Made by a program: the position numbers and the translations under genes
Assembly: GCA_964445915.1 (NCBI GenBank)
Contig: CAYUNC010000001.1
Location: 1-58,107 of the forward strand
Origin: an uncultured Arcobacter sp.
GTDB taxonomy: Bacteria; Campylobacterota; Campylobacteria; Campylobacterales; Arcobacteraceae
Direction: 5' to 3'
DNA: 58,107 bases
The notes under the pieces: model-generated
The model's database searches: none
Seen by the model: the letters and a program-made list of their open reading frames with translations, nothing else
What the model was told of the DNA's origin: nothing
Part shown: piece after piece, positions 9,155 through 16,425 of the stretch
Numbering within the stretch: position 1 is the stretch's first letter
How the letters are laid out: the number at the start of each line of letters is the position of its first letter

Positions 9155-9213
9155 TCGTGATGGAAACCGAAAACAACAAAAAAGGAGATAACATGTTACA
9201 GAAAGGTTATATC

Positions 9214-9495
9214 TAACACTTATTCAAACTATAATAATAGACACAAACACAAGGGACGTATATACTCACTGTCCGGCTTGTAAGTTTCAGTCTTATTGTA
9301 ACATAGTTGATTAAGTAATTATGAATAACCAGATAAAATTCCTGCTTCGTAGATCACCAAGCATCGTATCCTGTATCTTACAGGTTATGCGTAGACGCCG
9401 GGACACCGGCCAAGGAACTCTCAGTCAGAGGGTACCCCTTGTAGCTTGCAGATGTTTGCAAGAAGCCGCATCACTTTAGTGAGAGCGGAGTGTCA
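9214..9495 (+). ncRNA. 3' body of the second copy of the structured element
   Basis: About 75-80% identical (hand alignment) to 12736..13006. Hairpins are conserved. Confidence 0.5.
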
Positions 9496-9602
9496 CGATA
9501 ATTTCTACTATGTCGGCAAGAATGGTGCAGTCAGAGTCGGCAAAAACATCAGAGAATCAGTATCATTGACAGATTTCTTTAAGAAAAAATTAGGGGGCTA
9601 AT

Positions 9603-9791
9603 ATGTTAAAATATCACAAAAAATCATGTCATACGTGTAAGCACTACAGAAGTGATCGTAAATATCATGATTGCTTAATTCTAGGTCGTGTTCTTAGTAC
9701 TGAAGATGTAGATGTAATGCAGTATTGTAGGTACTGTCATCTTTGGGAAGAAAAACCAAATAATCAGGAAATTAAAATTCAAGCATCTTAA
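9603..9791 (+). CDS. Cys/His-rich small protein
   Basis: GGGGG upstream. CxxC...C...CxxC pattern. Confidence 0.5.
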   Translation: MLKYHKKSCHTCKHYRSDRKYHDCLILGRVLSTEDVDVMQYCRYCHLWEEKPNNQEIKIQAS

Positions 9792-9829
9792 TTGACCAAT
9801 GCTATCACATCGGTCGGAAAGGAAATAGA

Positions 9830-10054
9830 ATGTATAATACATTTTTTTCAGTAACAACCGATACTCTCCTAGACAGAATCAAAACTCTTCAAAAGATGAT
9901 AAATTGCTGCCTTTCGCTAATCGAGTGTTATCGGTCGGTTAGAAGGTATAACATACAGATAGATGACATCGAGAAAGTATCATCTATCTTAGAAGACATT
10001 CAAAGAGAAACCAAAAAACATATATCTGAATTAGTAACGAGGGATGTTTACTAA
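9830..10054 (+). CDS. Hypothetical protein
   Basis: AAGGAAA upstream. Followed by a 17-bp perfect hairpin. Confidence 0.5.
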   Translation: MYNTFFSVTTDTLLDRIKTLQKMINCCLSLIECYRSVRRYNIQIDDIEKVSSILEDIQRETKKHISELVTRDVY

Positions 10055-10067
10055 ATAATTGAAATAT

Positions 10068-10110
10068 ACTGTCTTGTTAGTGTTAAACACTAACAAGACA
10101 GTTTATTATG
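10068..10110 (+). terminator. Intrinsic terminator-like hairpin
   Basis: Arms ACTGTCTTGTTAGTGTT and AACACTAACAAGACAGT (17 nt each, near-perfect), followed by TTATTAT. Confidence 0.55.
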
Positions 10111-10225
10111 TAATGTCATTTAGCCAAGACATAAATCAACCTGAAAACACCACAAGATTTTGATGGAAACTCTGGTATTTAATAAATTAATAATCTGAAA
10201 ACAGCAAGTACATTATTTTTTTTTA

Positions 10226-10254
10226 TTTACATCATTTATTTTGTACGATATTAT
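10226..10254 (+). promoter_or_regulatory. Sigma70-type (early) promoter
   Basis: TTTACA, 17-nt spacer, TATTAT. The upstream CTGAAAACAGCAA...ATTATTTTT block is shared with the promoter at 8920. Confidence 0.5.
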
Positions 10255-10314
10255 TAATTTACTCCGGATTTGTTACATAAAATTTTGGGAAAACAGTATA
10301 TAAAACAATGGAAC

Positions 10315-10346
10315 ACTGTCTTAGTGTTAAACACTAGTAAGACAGT
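10315..10346 (+). promoter_or_regulatory. 5'-UTR stem-loop homologous to the hairpin at 10068
   Basis: ACTGTCTTAGTGTT..AACACTAGTAAGACAGT. Lies ~60 nt downstream of the promoter at 10226 and 40 nt upstream of the gene at 10386. Confidence 0.45.
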
Positions 10347-10385
10347 ATTTGGCTAAACAATATATATCAATGGAAAGGACTTAAA

Positions 10386-11048
10386 TTGTTAGAAATGGAT
10401 GAAAAACAACTTTTCAAGAAAATGATGTTACTGGTGCATCCGGATATTTCAGATCATCCAGATGCAAATAGAAGAGCACAAATGGTTATAGAAGCTAAGG
10501 ATAGCATAGCAAAAATGCTATCCTTAGCTAAAAAGTGGATGTTAAATATAAATATAGACTTAAAAGATGTTCCCACTGATATGATAGGATATGAATGTCA
10601 GTGTATGGCTAATGGTCGTTTGATTAGCGGTATTTACTGCTGTAACAAAAGTATAAAGAAAGGTCGTTATCGTGGTTATAAAAAATACTATTTGTATAAT
10701 ACCAATACAAATAGAATTCATGCATTAATAATGCGTAATGACTCTAATATAAAGCCTATTAGAAAAGTTGATAAAGATACATTTGAAAAAATATTGAAAA
10801 TTTTTTATGAAAGTAGAATTATTAAACCTGCACCAACTTATGGGTTTAAGAAATGGAAGTTGAAAGCCAACACTATATATAATCTTAATCGAATGGCATA
10901 CTACAAAGGTCGTTGGTTTTATATTTCCAGAACAACCAGTAAAATGGTTGTTTTGGCTGATATGTCTGGAAAAGAGTATTGTAGAACATACCCAGAGAAA
11001 ATACTTAATGTTGTTATAACTGATTCCTCATATTACCAAAAATACTAG
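10386..11048 (+). CDS. Hypothetical protein with a possible N-terminal J-domain
   Basis: LVHPDISDHPDANRRAQ contains an HPD tripeptide in a J-domain-like context. The TTG start is uncertain (alternative ATG at 10395). Confidence 0.45.
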   Translation: MLEMDEKQLFKKMMLLVHPDISDHPDANRRAQMVIEAKDSIAKMLSLAKKWMLNINIDLKDVPTDMIGYECQCMANGRLISGIYCCNKSIKKGRYRGYKKYYLYNTNTNRIHALIMRNDSNIKPIRKVDKDTFEKILKIFYESRIIKPAPTYGFKKWKLKANTIYNLNRMAYYKGRWFYISRTTSKMVVLADMSGKEYCRTYPEKILNVVITDSSYYQKY

Positions 11049-11068
11049 TGGATAATAAAAGAATCAAT

Positions 11069-11145
11069 GCCGTCGTGGTGGTAATTGGAAACACAAGGGT
11101 CTTGTAAACCCTCTAATGCAGGTTCGAGTCCTGCCGACGGCTCCA
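11069..11145 (+). tRNA. tRNA-Thr (anticodon UGU), CCA encoded
   Basis: Hand fold: acceptor GCCGTCG/CGACGGC; anticodon arm AGGGT-CTTGTAA-ACCCT; T arm GCAGG-TTCGAGT-CCTGC; 5-nt variable loop. Confidence 0.85.
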
Positions 11146-11150
11146 TATAT

Positions 11151-11245
11151 GCCCCTGTAGTTTAACGGTAAAACACCCGGCTTATACCCGGCATCAGGCT
11201 CCAGATTAGAGCGTATTCTTGGTTCGAATCCAAGCGGGGGCACCA
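11151..11245 (+). tRNA. Atypical 92-nt tRNA (+CCA), best read as anticodon UAU (Ile, AUA) with a 25-nt extra arm
   Basis: Acceptor GCCCCTG/CGGGGGC, D arm GTTT-AACGGTA-AAAC and T arm CTTGG-TTCGAAT-CCAAG. Two successive 4-bp/7-nt-loop hairpins have loops CTTATAC and CAGATTA. Confidence 0.6.
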
Positions 11246-11258
11246 GATTTAAAAAAAG

Positions 11259-11318
11259 AAAGGAGGATCGTCGTTTTCTCTCCAACATTCATACCAGAGA
11301 GAAAACGACGCATATGTA
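11259..11318 (+). promoter_or_regulatory. Split-SD leader hairpin L3
   Basis: AAAGGAGG followed by a perfect 14-bp stem (11269..11282 with 11297..11310). The ATG is 8 nt after the stem. Confidence 0.7.
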
Positions 11319-12188
11319 ATGAATATTATTGTAACTGGTAGTTCTGGTTTAATTGGTAGTCATATAGTTAAAATTTTAAGTGAACATGAAGTAAAAAAAG
11401 TTGATATTAAAGAAAATACCAGTATTATGGATTTAAAAAAAGATGATTTTAAAAGTGCTGATAGTATTATTCATCTAGGTGCTATATCAGGAATAAAAAA
11501 TTGTAGTGATAATGTAGAAGATGCTATATTATACAATATAATATCAACAAACCATATTTTTTATAATGCATTTAAGTATAATGTTAAAGTTATTGCTGCA
11601 TCGTCAATGGCAATAAAAAGTGCTGCTAGTTTAGTTGGTATAAATTTTAAAAACTGGAAACACGATATAGCTGATTTTTTTGTAAGAAAATTTTCGTCAT
11701 TACCGGATGTGAATAAATTAATATATGGTTTAACAAAATTATCAAATGAATATAACGCTTTCAAATATAATATAAATGGTGCTAAAATAATTATATTAAG
11801 ATTAAGTAATGTTTGGGATACTAGCAGTTATTATCTTGAAAATAAGAATACTGTAATTAGTAATGCAATTAAATGTTATCTTAATAAAAAAGTTATGACT
11901 ATTAATGGTGATGGTCATCAAGAAAGGGATTTTATACACCTCTATGATGTTTGTAATGCATTTTATGCTGCTTTACATTATAAACATAATGTTAATAACA
12001 TACCTATTGAGATTGGAACAGGTAAAGGAACAAGCATATTAGAGTTAGCATCAATACTTGGTATTGATTACAAACTCAGACCAGATGTAGATCCAGGTGC
12101 TACTAGCATTGCAAATATAGAAGCAGCTAAAAATTTGTTTGGTTTCAAGCCGTCAATTGAAATAAAAAATATTAAAGATCTCATTTAA
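11319..12188 (+). CDS. NAD-dependent epimerase/dehydratase family protein
   Basis: Rossmann GSSGLIGS and YGLTK (YxxxK). Preceded by leader L3. Confidence 0.7.
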   Translation: MNIIVTGSSGLIGSHIVKILSEHEVKKVDIKENTSIMDLKKDDFKSADSIIHLGAISGIKNCSDNVEDAILYNIISTNHIFYNAFKYNVKVIAASSMAIKSAASLVGINFKNWKHDIADFFVRKFSSLPDVNKLIYGLTKLSNEYNAFKYNINGAKIIILRLSNVWDTSSYYLENKNTVISNAIKCYLNKKVMTINGDGHQERDFIHLYDVCNAFYAALHYKHNVNNIPIEIGTGKGTSILELASILGIDYKLRPDVDPGATSIANIEAAKNLFGFKPSIEIKNIKDLI

Positions 12189-12215
12189 AATATATTTAAA
12201 TTGAAGGAGGTTTCG

Positions 12216-12671
12216 GTGGAAAACAGAAAACTTCTAATGGTAGTTGAAAATGTTTTATACGATATAGTTGATGTCGATACAAAAAATCCATATCTTGATG
12301 TTGTTATTACCAATTCAGGTTTAAAGTTTATGGTGTCTCCTCTTGAAAATTCAGATGATAGATATAATGCAGTATCATTTTATTGGTATGAAATGATAGA
12401 AAATAATCCGGAAAAATTTGTAGAAATAGTAGGTATCGATAGATTACTGAGTTGGGCTATGAGAGAAAACATTATTGATGATGATTTTTGCACTAGTGGC
12501 GATAATATTGATGATTGGATATATAATATGGAACCCTCTTTTTTGTTCGATGTAGAAAAAAAAGAAAGAAAATGTATAATGAATAACTGGCTTAAAGAAG
12601 AGTTATCTTTTGACTTAAAATGTAATTTTTTTATTGCTTATTTAATTGAAAATGATAGAAATTGGCTTTAG
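12216..12671 (+). CDS. Hypothetical protein (GTG start 5 nt after AAGGAGG)
   Basis: The ORF-track TTG start at 12201 overlaps the SD itself. The GTG at 12216 has normal spacing. Confidence 0.55.
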   Translation: MENRKLLMVVENVLYDIVDVDTKNPYLDVVITNSGLKFMVSPLENSDDRYNAVSFYWYEMIENNPEKFVEIVGIDRLLSWAMRENIIDDDFCTSGDNIDDWIYNMEPSFLFDVEKKERKCIMNNWLKEELSFDLKCNFFIAYLIENDRNWL

Positions 12672-13006
12672 CCCGTCGCAAACCTCACCACTAAAGTGGT
12701 AGAGGTTAGGAAGCGGACGGAATTAATGTTGTCTCTAACACTTACTATAGTAATAGACACTATATACCCACTGTCTGGCTTGTAAATTTCAGTCTTATTG
12801 TGACATAGTTGGTCAAATAATTTATAAATATGAGTAACCAGGTAAAATTTCTGTTATGTTAAAATTATTAAGCATCGTATCCTGTATCTTACAGGTTATG
12901 AGTAGACGTCAGGACACCGACCAAGGGACCTTTATTCAGAGAACATCCCTTGTAGTTTGCAGATGTTTGCAAGAAACCGCATCACTTTAGTGAGAGCGGA
13001 GTGTCA
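12672..13006 (+). ncRNA. Unclassified structured RNA element, uninterrupted copy (~335 nt)
   Basis: ORF-free. Nested hairpin at 12673..12720, followed by a body alignable to 9212..9495 with compensatory changes. Confidence 0.5.
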
Positions 13007-13041
13007 TGAATATCTTTAATAACAAATAGAGGAGGTGTAGT

Positions 13042-13881
13042 GTGAGTCAACTCAAGTATATGCATGAAACTTTTTTATACCCAGTAGTAAGAGTAGGATG
13101 TAAAGGAGTAGGTGGAAGTGGTACTCTAATATATTCTAAACTAACTGAAGACGGCGATGATTGCCATAGTTTTGTATTGACGAATCATCATGTTATAGAT
13201 AAATGTATTAATATTAAAAAAGAATGGAATTCTATTGTAAGGAAAGAAGTTAAAGTTGATGTTAAAGAAGCTTGTTCTGTTGAAGTATTTCAATATGTTA
13301 GATTATCAGAGGTTAATTCATCTAATAGATACAGAGCTGACATTATAGCATATGATGCTAATCATGATCTAGCAGTTTTAAAAATTGATAGTCCTTTGAA
13401 ATTTGAATATGTATCTAAAATTATTCCTGAGGAAAGAATAAAAGAGTTAAAGTTATATATGGATGTTGTCTTGACTGGATGTTCTTTATCACATGATCCT
13501 TTTAGTAATTTTGGTCAAATTACATATTTAAATGAAATCATAGAACAAAAGCAATATATCATGACGAATGCATCCAGTATTTTTGGTGTATCTGGTGGTG
13601 CATTGTTTTTAAAAGAAACAGGTGAATTAATTGGAGTTCCAAGTAGAGTTCAAGGAATGCAATTAGGATTTGGTGTTAGTATTGTAGATTTCATGGGTTT
13701 TGCCGCGCACCCTGGAAGAATCTATGAATTTATAAAAGATCAAGAGTTACACTTCTTAGTTGATCCAACAGATACATATGAAAAAGCAATGGAAAGAAGA
13801 AAAAAACGTGAAAAAGATTATTTACTACAAACTGAAAATACTGAAGAAATGGAACAAGTTAAACCAGTAGAAACAAATTAA
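13042..13881 (+). CDS. Trypsin-like serine protease
   Basis: Catalytic-triad contexts TNHHV (His), DLAVLKI (Asp) and GVSGGALF (Ser). AGGAGG lies 6 nt upstream of the GTG. Confidence 0.75.
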   Translation: MSQLKYMHETFLYPVVRVGCKGVGGSGTLIYSKLTEDGDDCHSFVLTNHHVIDKCINIKKEWNSIVRKEVKVDVKEACSVEVFQYVRLSEVNSSNRYRADIIAYDANHDLAVLKIDSPLKFEYVSKIIPEERIKELKLYMDVVLTGCSLSHDPFSNFGQITYLNEIIEQKQYIMTNASSIFGVSGGALFLKETGELIGVPSRVQGMQLGFGVSIVDFMGFAAHPGRIYEFIKDQELHFLVDPTDTYEKAMERRKKREKDYLLQTENTEEMEQVKPVETN

Positions 13882-13905
13882 CTATCTTATTTTATTGTCA
13901 ATTGA

Positions 13906-13936
13906 TGTCTTGCTGGTATTAAATACCAGCAAGACA
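13906..13936 (+). terminator. Hairpin after the protease gene (no U-tract)
   Basis: 14-bp stem TGTCTTGCTGGTAT/ATACCAGCAAGACA. Confidence 0.35.
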
Positions 13937-13938
13937 AT

Positions 13939-13989
13939 AAAGGAGAATTGTCGTTTTCCTAATATCAGATTTTTTACGGCATATATATA
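13939..13989 (+). promoter_or_regulatory. Split-SD leader hairpin L4 (reduced version)
   Basis: AAAGGAGA, a 6-bp basal helix TGTCGT/ACGGCA, then CATATATATAATG. Confidence 0.5.
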
Positions 13990-15414
13990 ATGACTAAATT
14001 TTCTAAATTTTTAAATGAAGAAGAAAATTTTTTAAAAAGATGGATAGAATATTGTAAAAATATGCCAATGTTAAAGTATGCTGTTGAAATTTTAAAGAAA
14101 ATTGAATCTAAAAAATATCGTGCTTATATTGTTGGTGGTTGTGTACGAGATATTGTTTTAGGTAAAAAACCTAAAGATATTGATATAGCTACTAACTGTC
14201 CTGTAGAAATATTAGAGGATTTATTTAAGGTATATGATATTGGTAAGTCAAGAGATTTTGGTATAGTAACAACTAACTTAGGAGGTTTTTCTTATGAAAT
14301 AGCTCAGTTTCGTCAGGATGGAAATTATACTGATGGCAGAAGACCAGAATCAGTTGAAATTTGTCAATCATTTAAACAAGATGCATCTCGTAGAGATTTT
14401 TGTTTAAATGCAATGGCAATTGACAGTAAAGGCAATATTATTGATTATTTTGATGGTCAACGAGACATTAAAAATAAGATAATAAGAGCTGTTGGCAATC
14501 CACATGATCGATTTGAGGAAGATCGACTTAGAATGTTAAGAGCAATAAGATTTTCATCAAGACTAGGTTTTGATATTGAAAAAGAAACTGCTGCTGCAAT
14601 AAAATTTAATAAAGAGAAAATAAAATCTTTAGCGCCGGAGAGAATAAGAGATGAATTGGTAAAAATGGCATCATCTTCTGGTGATAAATTTGCTGATGCT
14701 ATTTTGAAAATGGATGAACTCGGAATATTGGAAATAATATTACCAGAAGTTGTTAAAATGAAAGATTTTGAACAAAATATTGACCATCATCCAGAAGGTA
14801 ATGTTTTTGATCATGTAATAGCTGCATTAAAAGCAAATAAAATAGCGGATCCGTTACTTAATCTAAGTATACTCTTGCATGATATTGGTAAAATAACAAC
14901 TTATAAATTTGATAAAGAAAAAGGACATACATTTTACGGACATGCTGAGGCTGGAAAAGAGTTAATTGATATTATTGCTAAAAGACTAAGATTATCAAAT
15001 AAAGAAAAAGAAGCATTAATTTTTGTTGCCGTAAATCATATGAAATTACATAAAGCAACAGAAATGAAACCTTCAAAGTTAATTAAAATCATTACAGATG
15101 AAAATTGGGAGTTACTCAAAGCTGCAACTTACTGTGATAAAGCAGCAAGAGGAAAATTATTTGATAAAAAAAGATGGGATGAAATTCTAAGCTACATTGA
15201 TGATATTAAAAATAAATGGGGAAATTCTGTAACTAATAATGCTATTAAGCTAATTGATGGAAATAAAGTCATGAAATTAACCGGGTTGAAACCTGGTAAA
15301 AAAGTTGGTTATATAATTAAACATGTTACCAAAAAAATATTAGATTATGGTATAACTAATGAAAAAGATATCGAAAAAGAAATAATGTCTGCTTATCAGG
15401 ATGTTCTTTTATAA
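13990..15414 (+). CDS. cca: tRNA nucleotidyltransferase (CCA-adding enzyme) with C-terminal HD domain
   Basis: GGCVRD...DIDIAT head domain, RRDF motif and HDIGK HD motif. Preceded by leader L4. Confidence 0.85.
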   Translation: MTKFSKFLNEEENFLKRWIEYCKNMPMLKYAVEILKKIESKKYRAYIVGGCVRDIVLGKKPKDIDIATNCPVEILEDLFKVYDIGKSRDFGIVTTNLGGFSYEIAQFRQDGNYTDGRRPESVEICQSFKQDASRRDFCLNAMAIDSKGNIIDYFDGQRDIKNKIIRAVGNPHDRFEEDRLRMLRAIRFSSRLGFDIEKETAAAIKFNKEKIKSLAPERIRDELVKMASSSGDKFADAILKMDELGILEIILPEVVKMKDFEQNIDHHPEGNVFDHVIAALKANKIADPLLNLSILLHDIGKITTYKFDKEKGHTFYGHAEAGKELIDIIAKRLRLSNKEKEALIFVAVNHMKLHKATEMKPSKLIKIITDENWELLKAATYCDKAARGKLFDKKRWDEILSYIDDIKNKWGNSVTNNAIKLIDGNKVMKLTGLKPGKKVGYIIKHVTKKILDYGITNEKDIEKEIMSAYQDVLL

Positions 15415-15420
15415 TGCTTA

Positions 15421-15439
15421 CATAACAAGTAAATTATTA
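15421..15439 (+). repeat. 19-bp direct repeat, left copy (CATAACAAGTAAATTATTA)
   Basis: Perfect second copy at 16042..16060. Confidence 0.9.
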
Positions 15440-15445
15440 AGGTAA

Positions 15446-15994
15446 ATGAAAAGAATTAAGAAAGTTGCAATAATTCTAAGATTAATTGACAGACTGAGAG
15501 AAAAAGGAAGTTGGTGCGGAGAGATACATATTCAGAATAATATATTCTTTCTTCAGGAACTTATACAGGTTCCTATAGTATTTAAATTCATTTTATACAA
15601 ACGTGGACCTTTCTCATTTGACTTACGGGATGAGCTTACTTCTATTCGAGCAGACGGTCTTATTGAACTCGAACCGCATTACTCCTTTAGTCCAAAAATC
15701 GTTCCAACTAACCAAAGCGAATATATCCAGAAAATATGTTCAAAAACACTTGCCAAGTATGATGATCAAATTTCTTTTGTAGCAAATAATTTTGGAGAGA
15801 AGGATGTGGTAGATCTCAGACATTTGGCTACCGCCCTTTATATCATCAAGAACACAACCTTGGATACCAATATTGAAGAAAGATTTCAGGAACTCACACG
15901 ACTGAAGCCCAACATTGGGCTGGAAAGCGCCAAGACTGTATTTGAGGAAATTTATAAGATTGCCGAAAAGGCAAATATATTTATTAATTATTAA
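15446..15994 (+). CDS. Hypothetical protein, possibly a Panacea/SocA- or YwgA-like domain
   Basis: The segment FILYKRGPFSFDLRDEL...GLIELE resembles those families (from memory only). The gene is flanked by 19-bp perfect direct repeats. Confidence 0.4.
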   Translation: MKRIKKVAIILRLIDRLREKGSWCGEIHIQNNIFFLQELIQVPIVFKFILYKRGPFSFDLRDELTSIRADGLIELEPHYSFSPKIVPTNQSEYIQKICSKTLAKYDDQISFVANNFGEKDVVDLRHLATALYIIKNTTLDTNIEERFQELTRLKPNIGLESAKTVFEEIYKIAEKANIFINY

Positions 15995-16041
15995 TATTCA
16001 GTACGAATTGTTGTTGAATTATGTTTATCATAAAGTTTAAT

Positions 16042-16060
16042 CATAACAAGTAAATTATTA
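16042..16060 (+). repeat. 19-bp direct repeat, right copy
   Basis: Perfect copy of 15421..15439. Together they bracket the gene at 15446..15994. Confidence 0.9.
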
Positions 16061-16121
16061 CTACATATATTAACAAATTAAATTAATTATTTTATAATTA
16101 AAACTGAAGGATAACATTTTA

Positions 16122-16403
16122 ATGGCAAAATATCGAAAAAAACCAGTAATAGTGGAGGCAGTTCAGTGGAAACAAATGGGGGATCATCCTGCTGTGTCAC
16201 CATTTGAAAGTGATAATCCTAGTGTTCTTTGTAAACATTGTTCACATTATTTTAGTGAACATGGTCAATGTTTAACTCTGGAGGGTAAACATATTGTTTG
16301 CCCAGGAGATTGGATAATAACTGGTGTTAAAGGAGAACTTTATCCCTGCAAACCGGATGTTTTTGAAGCAACTTATAGTTCTTTAGATGAAGAGGAAGAC
16401 TAA
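16122..16403 (+). CDS. Small phage protein (KKPVxVEAxQ...GDWIITG...YPCKPDxFExTY type)
   Basis: AAGGA upstream. The motif recurs in many phage ORFans (from memory). Confidence 0.55.
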   Translation: MAKYRKKPVIVEAVQWKQMGDHPAVSPFESDNPSVLCKHCSHYFSEHGQCLTLEGKHIVCPGDWIITGVKGELYPCKPDVFEATYSSLDEEED

Positions 16404-16425
16404 AAATGTTTACAAAGGAGGACTT

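Larger units (their letters stand above)
8709..9213 (+). other. ~505-bp block separating the two halves of the structured element
   Basis: Bounded by AAGGTTGTCTC (8698..8708) and AAGGTTATATC (9203..9213). Carries two promoters, two RBS-plus-ATG stubs and the inverted-repeat element. Confidence 0.4.

Noticed and set aside
9321-9479. 52-codon ORF (MNNQIKFLLRRSP...) inside the first structured RNA copy
   Set aside because: The homologous position in the second copy (12838 onward) hits a stop after 10 codons although the nucleotide sequence stays conserved. There is also no SD. The conservation is therefore not protein-coding.
11064-11288. 74-aa minus-strand ORF from the ORF track
   Set aside because: It lies entirely antisense to two well-folding tRNA genes. 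Its G/P/R-rich composition simply mirrors the GC-rich tRNA sequence.
12672-13041. Group I intron (TTCAGAGAACAT resembles the R element; T4-like phages carry such introns)
   Set aside because: The flanking ORFs are complete: a stop at 12671, then an independent AGGAGG-GTG start at 13042. The first copy has GTCAGAGGGTACC instead, and I could not find a covarying P7 partner. No exon continuity is evident. An Rfam scan would still be worthwhile.
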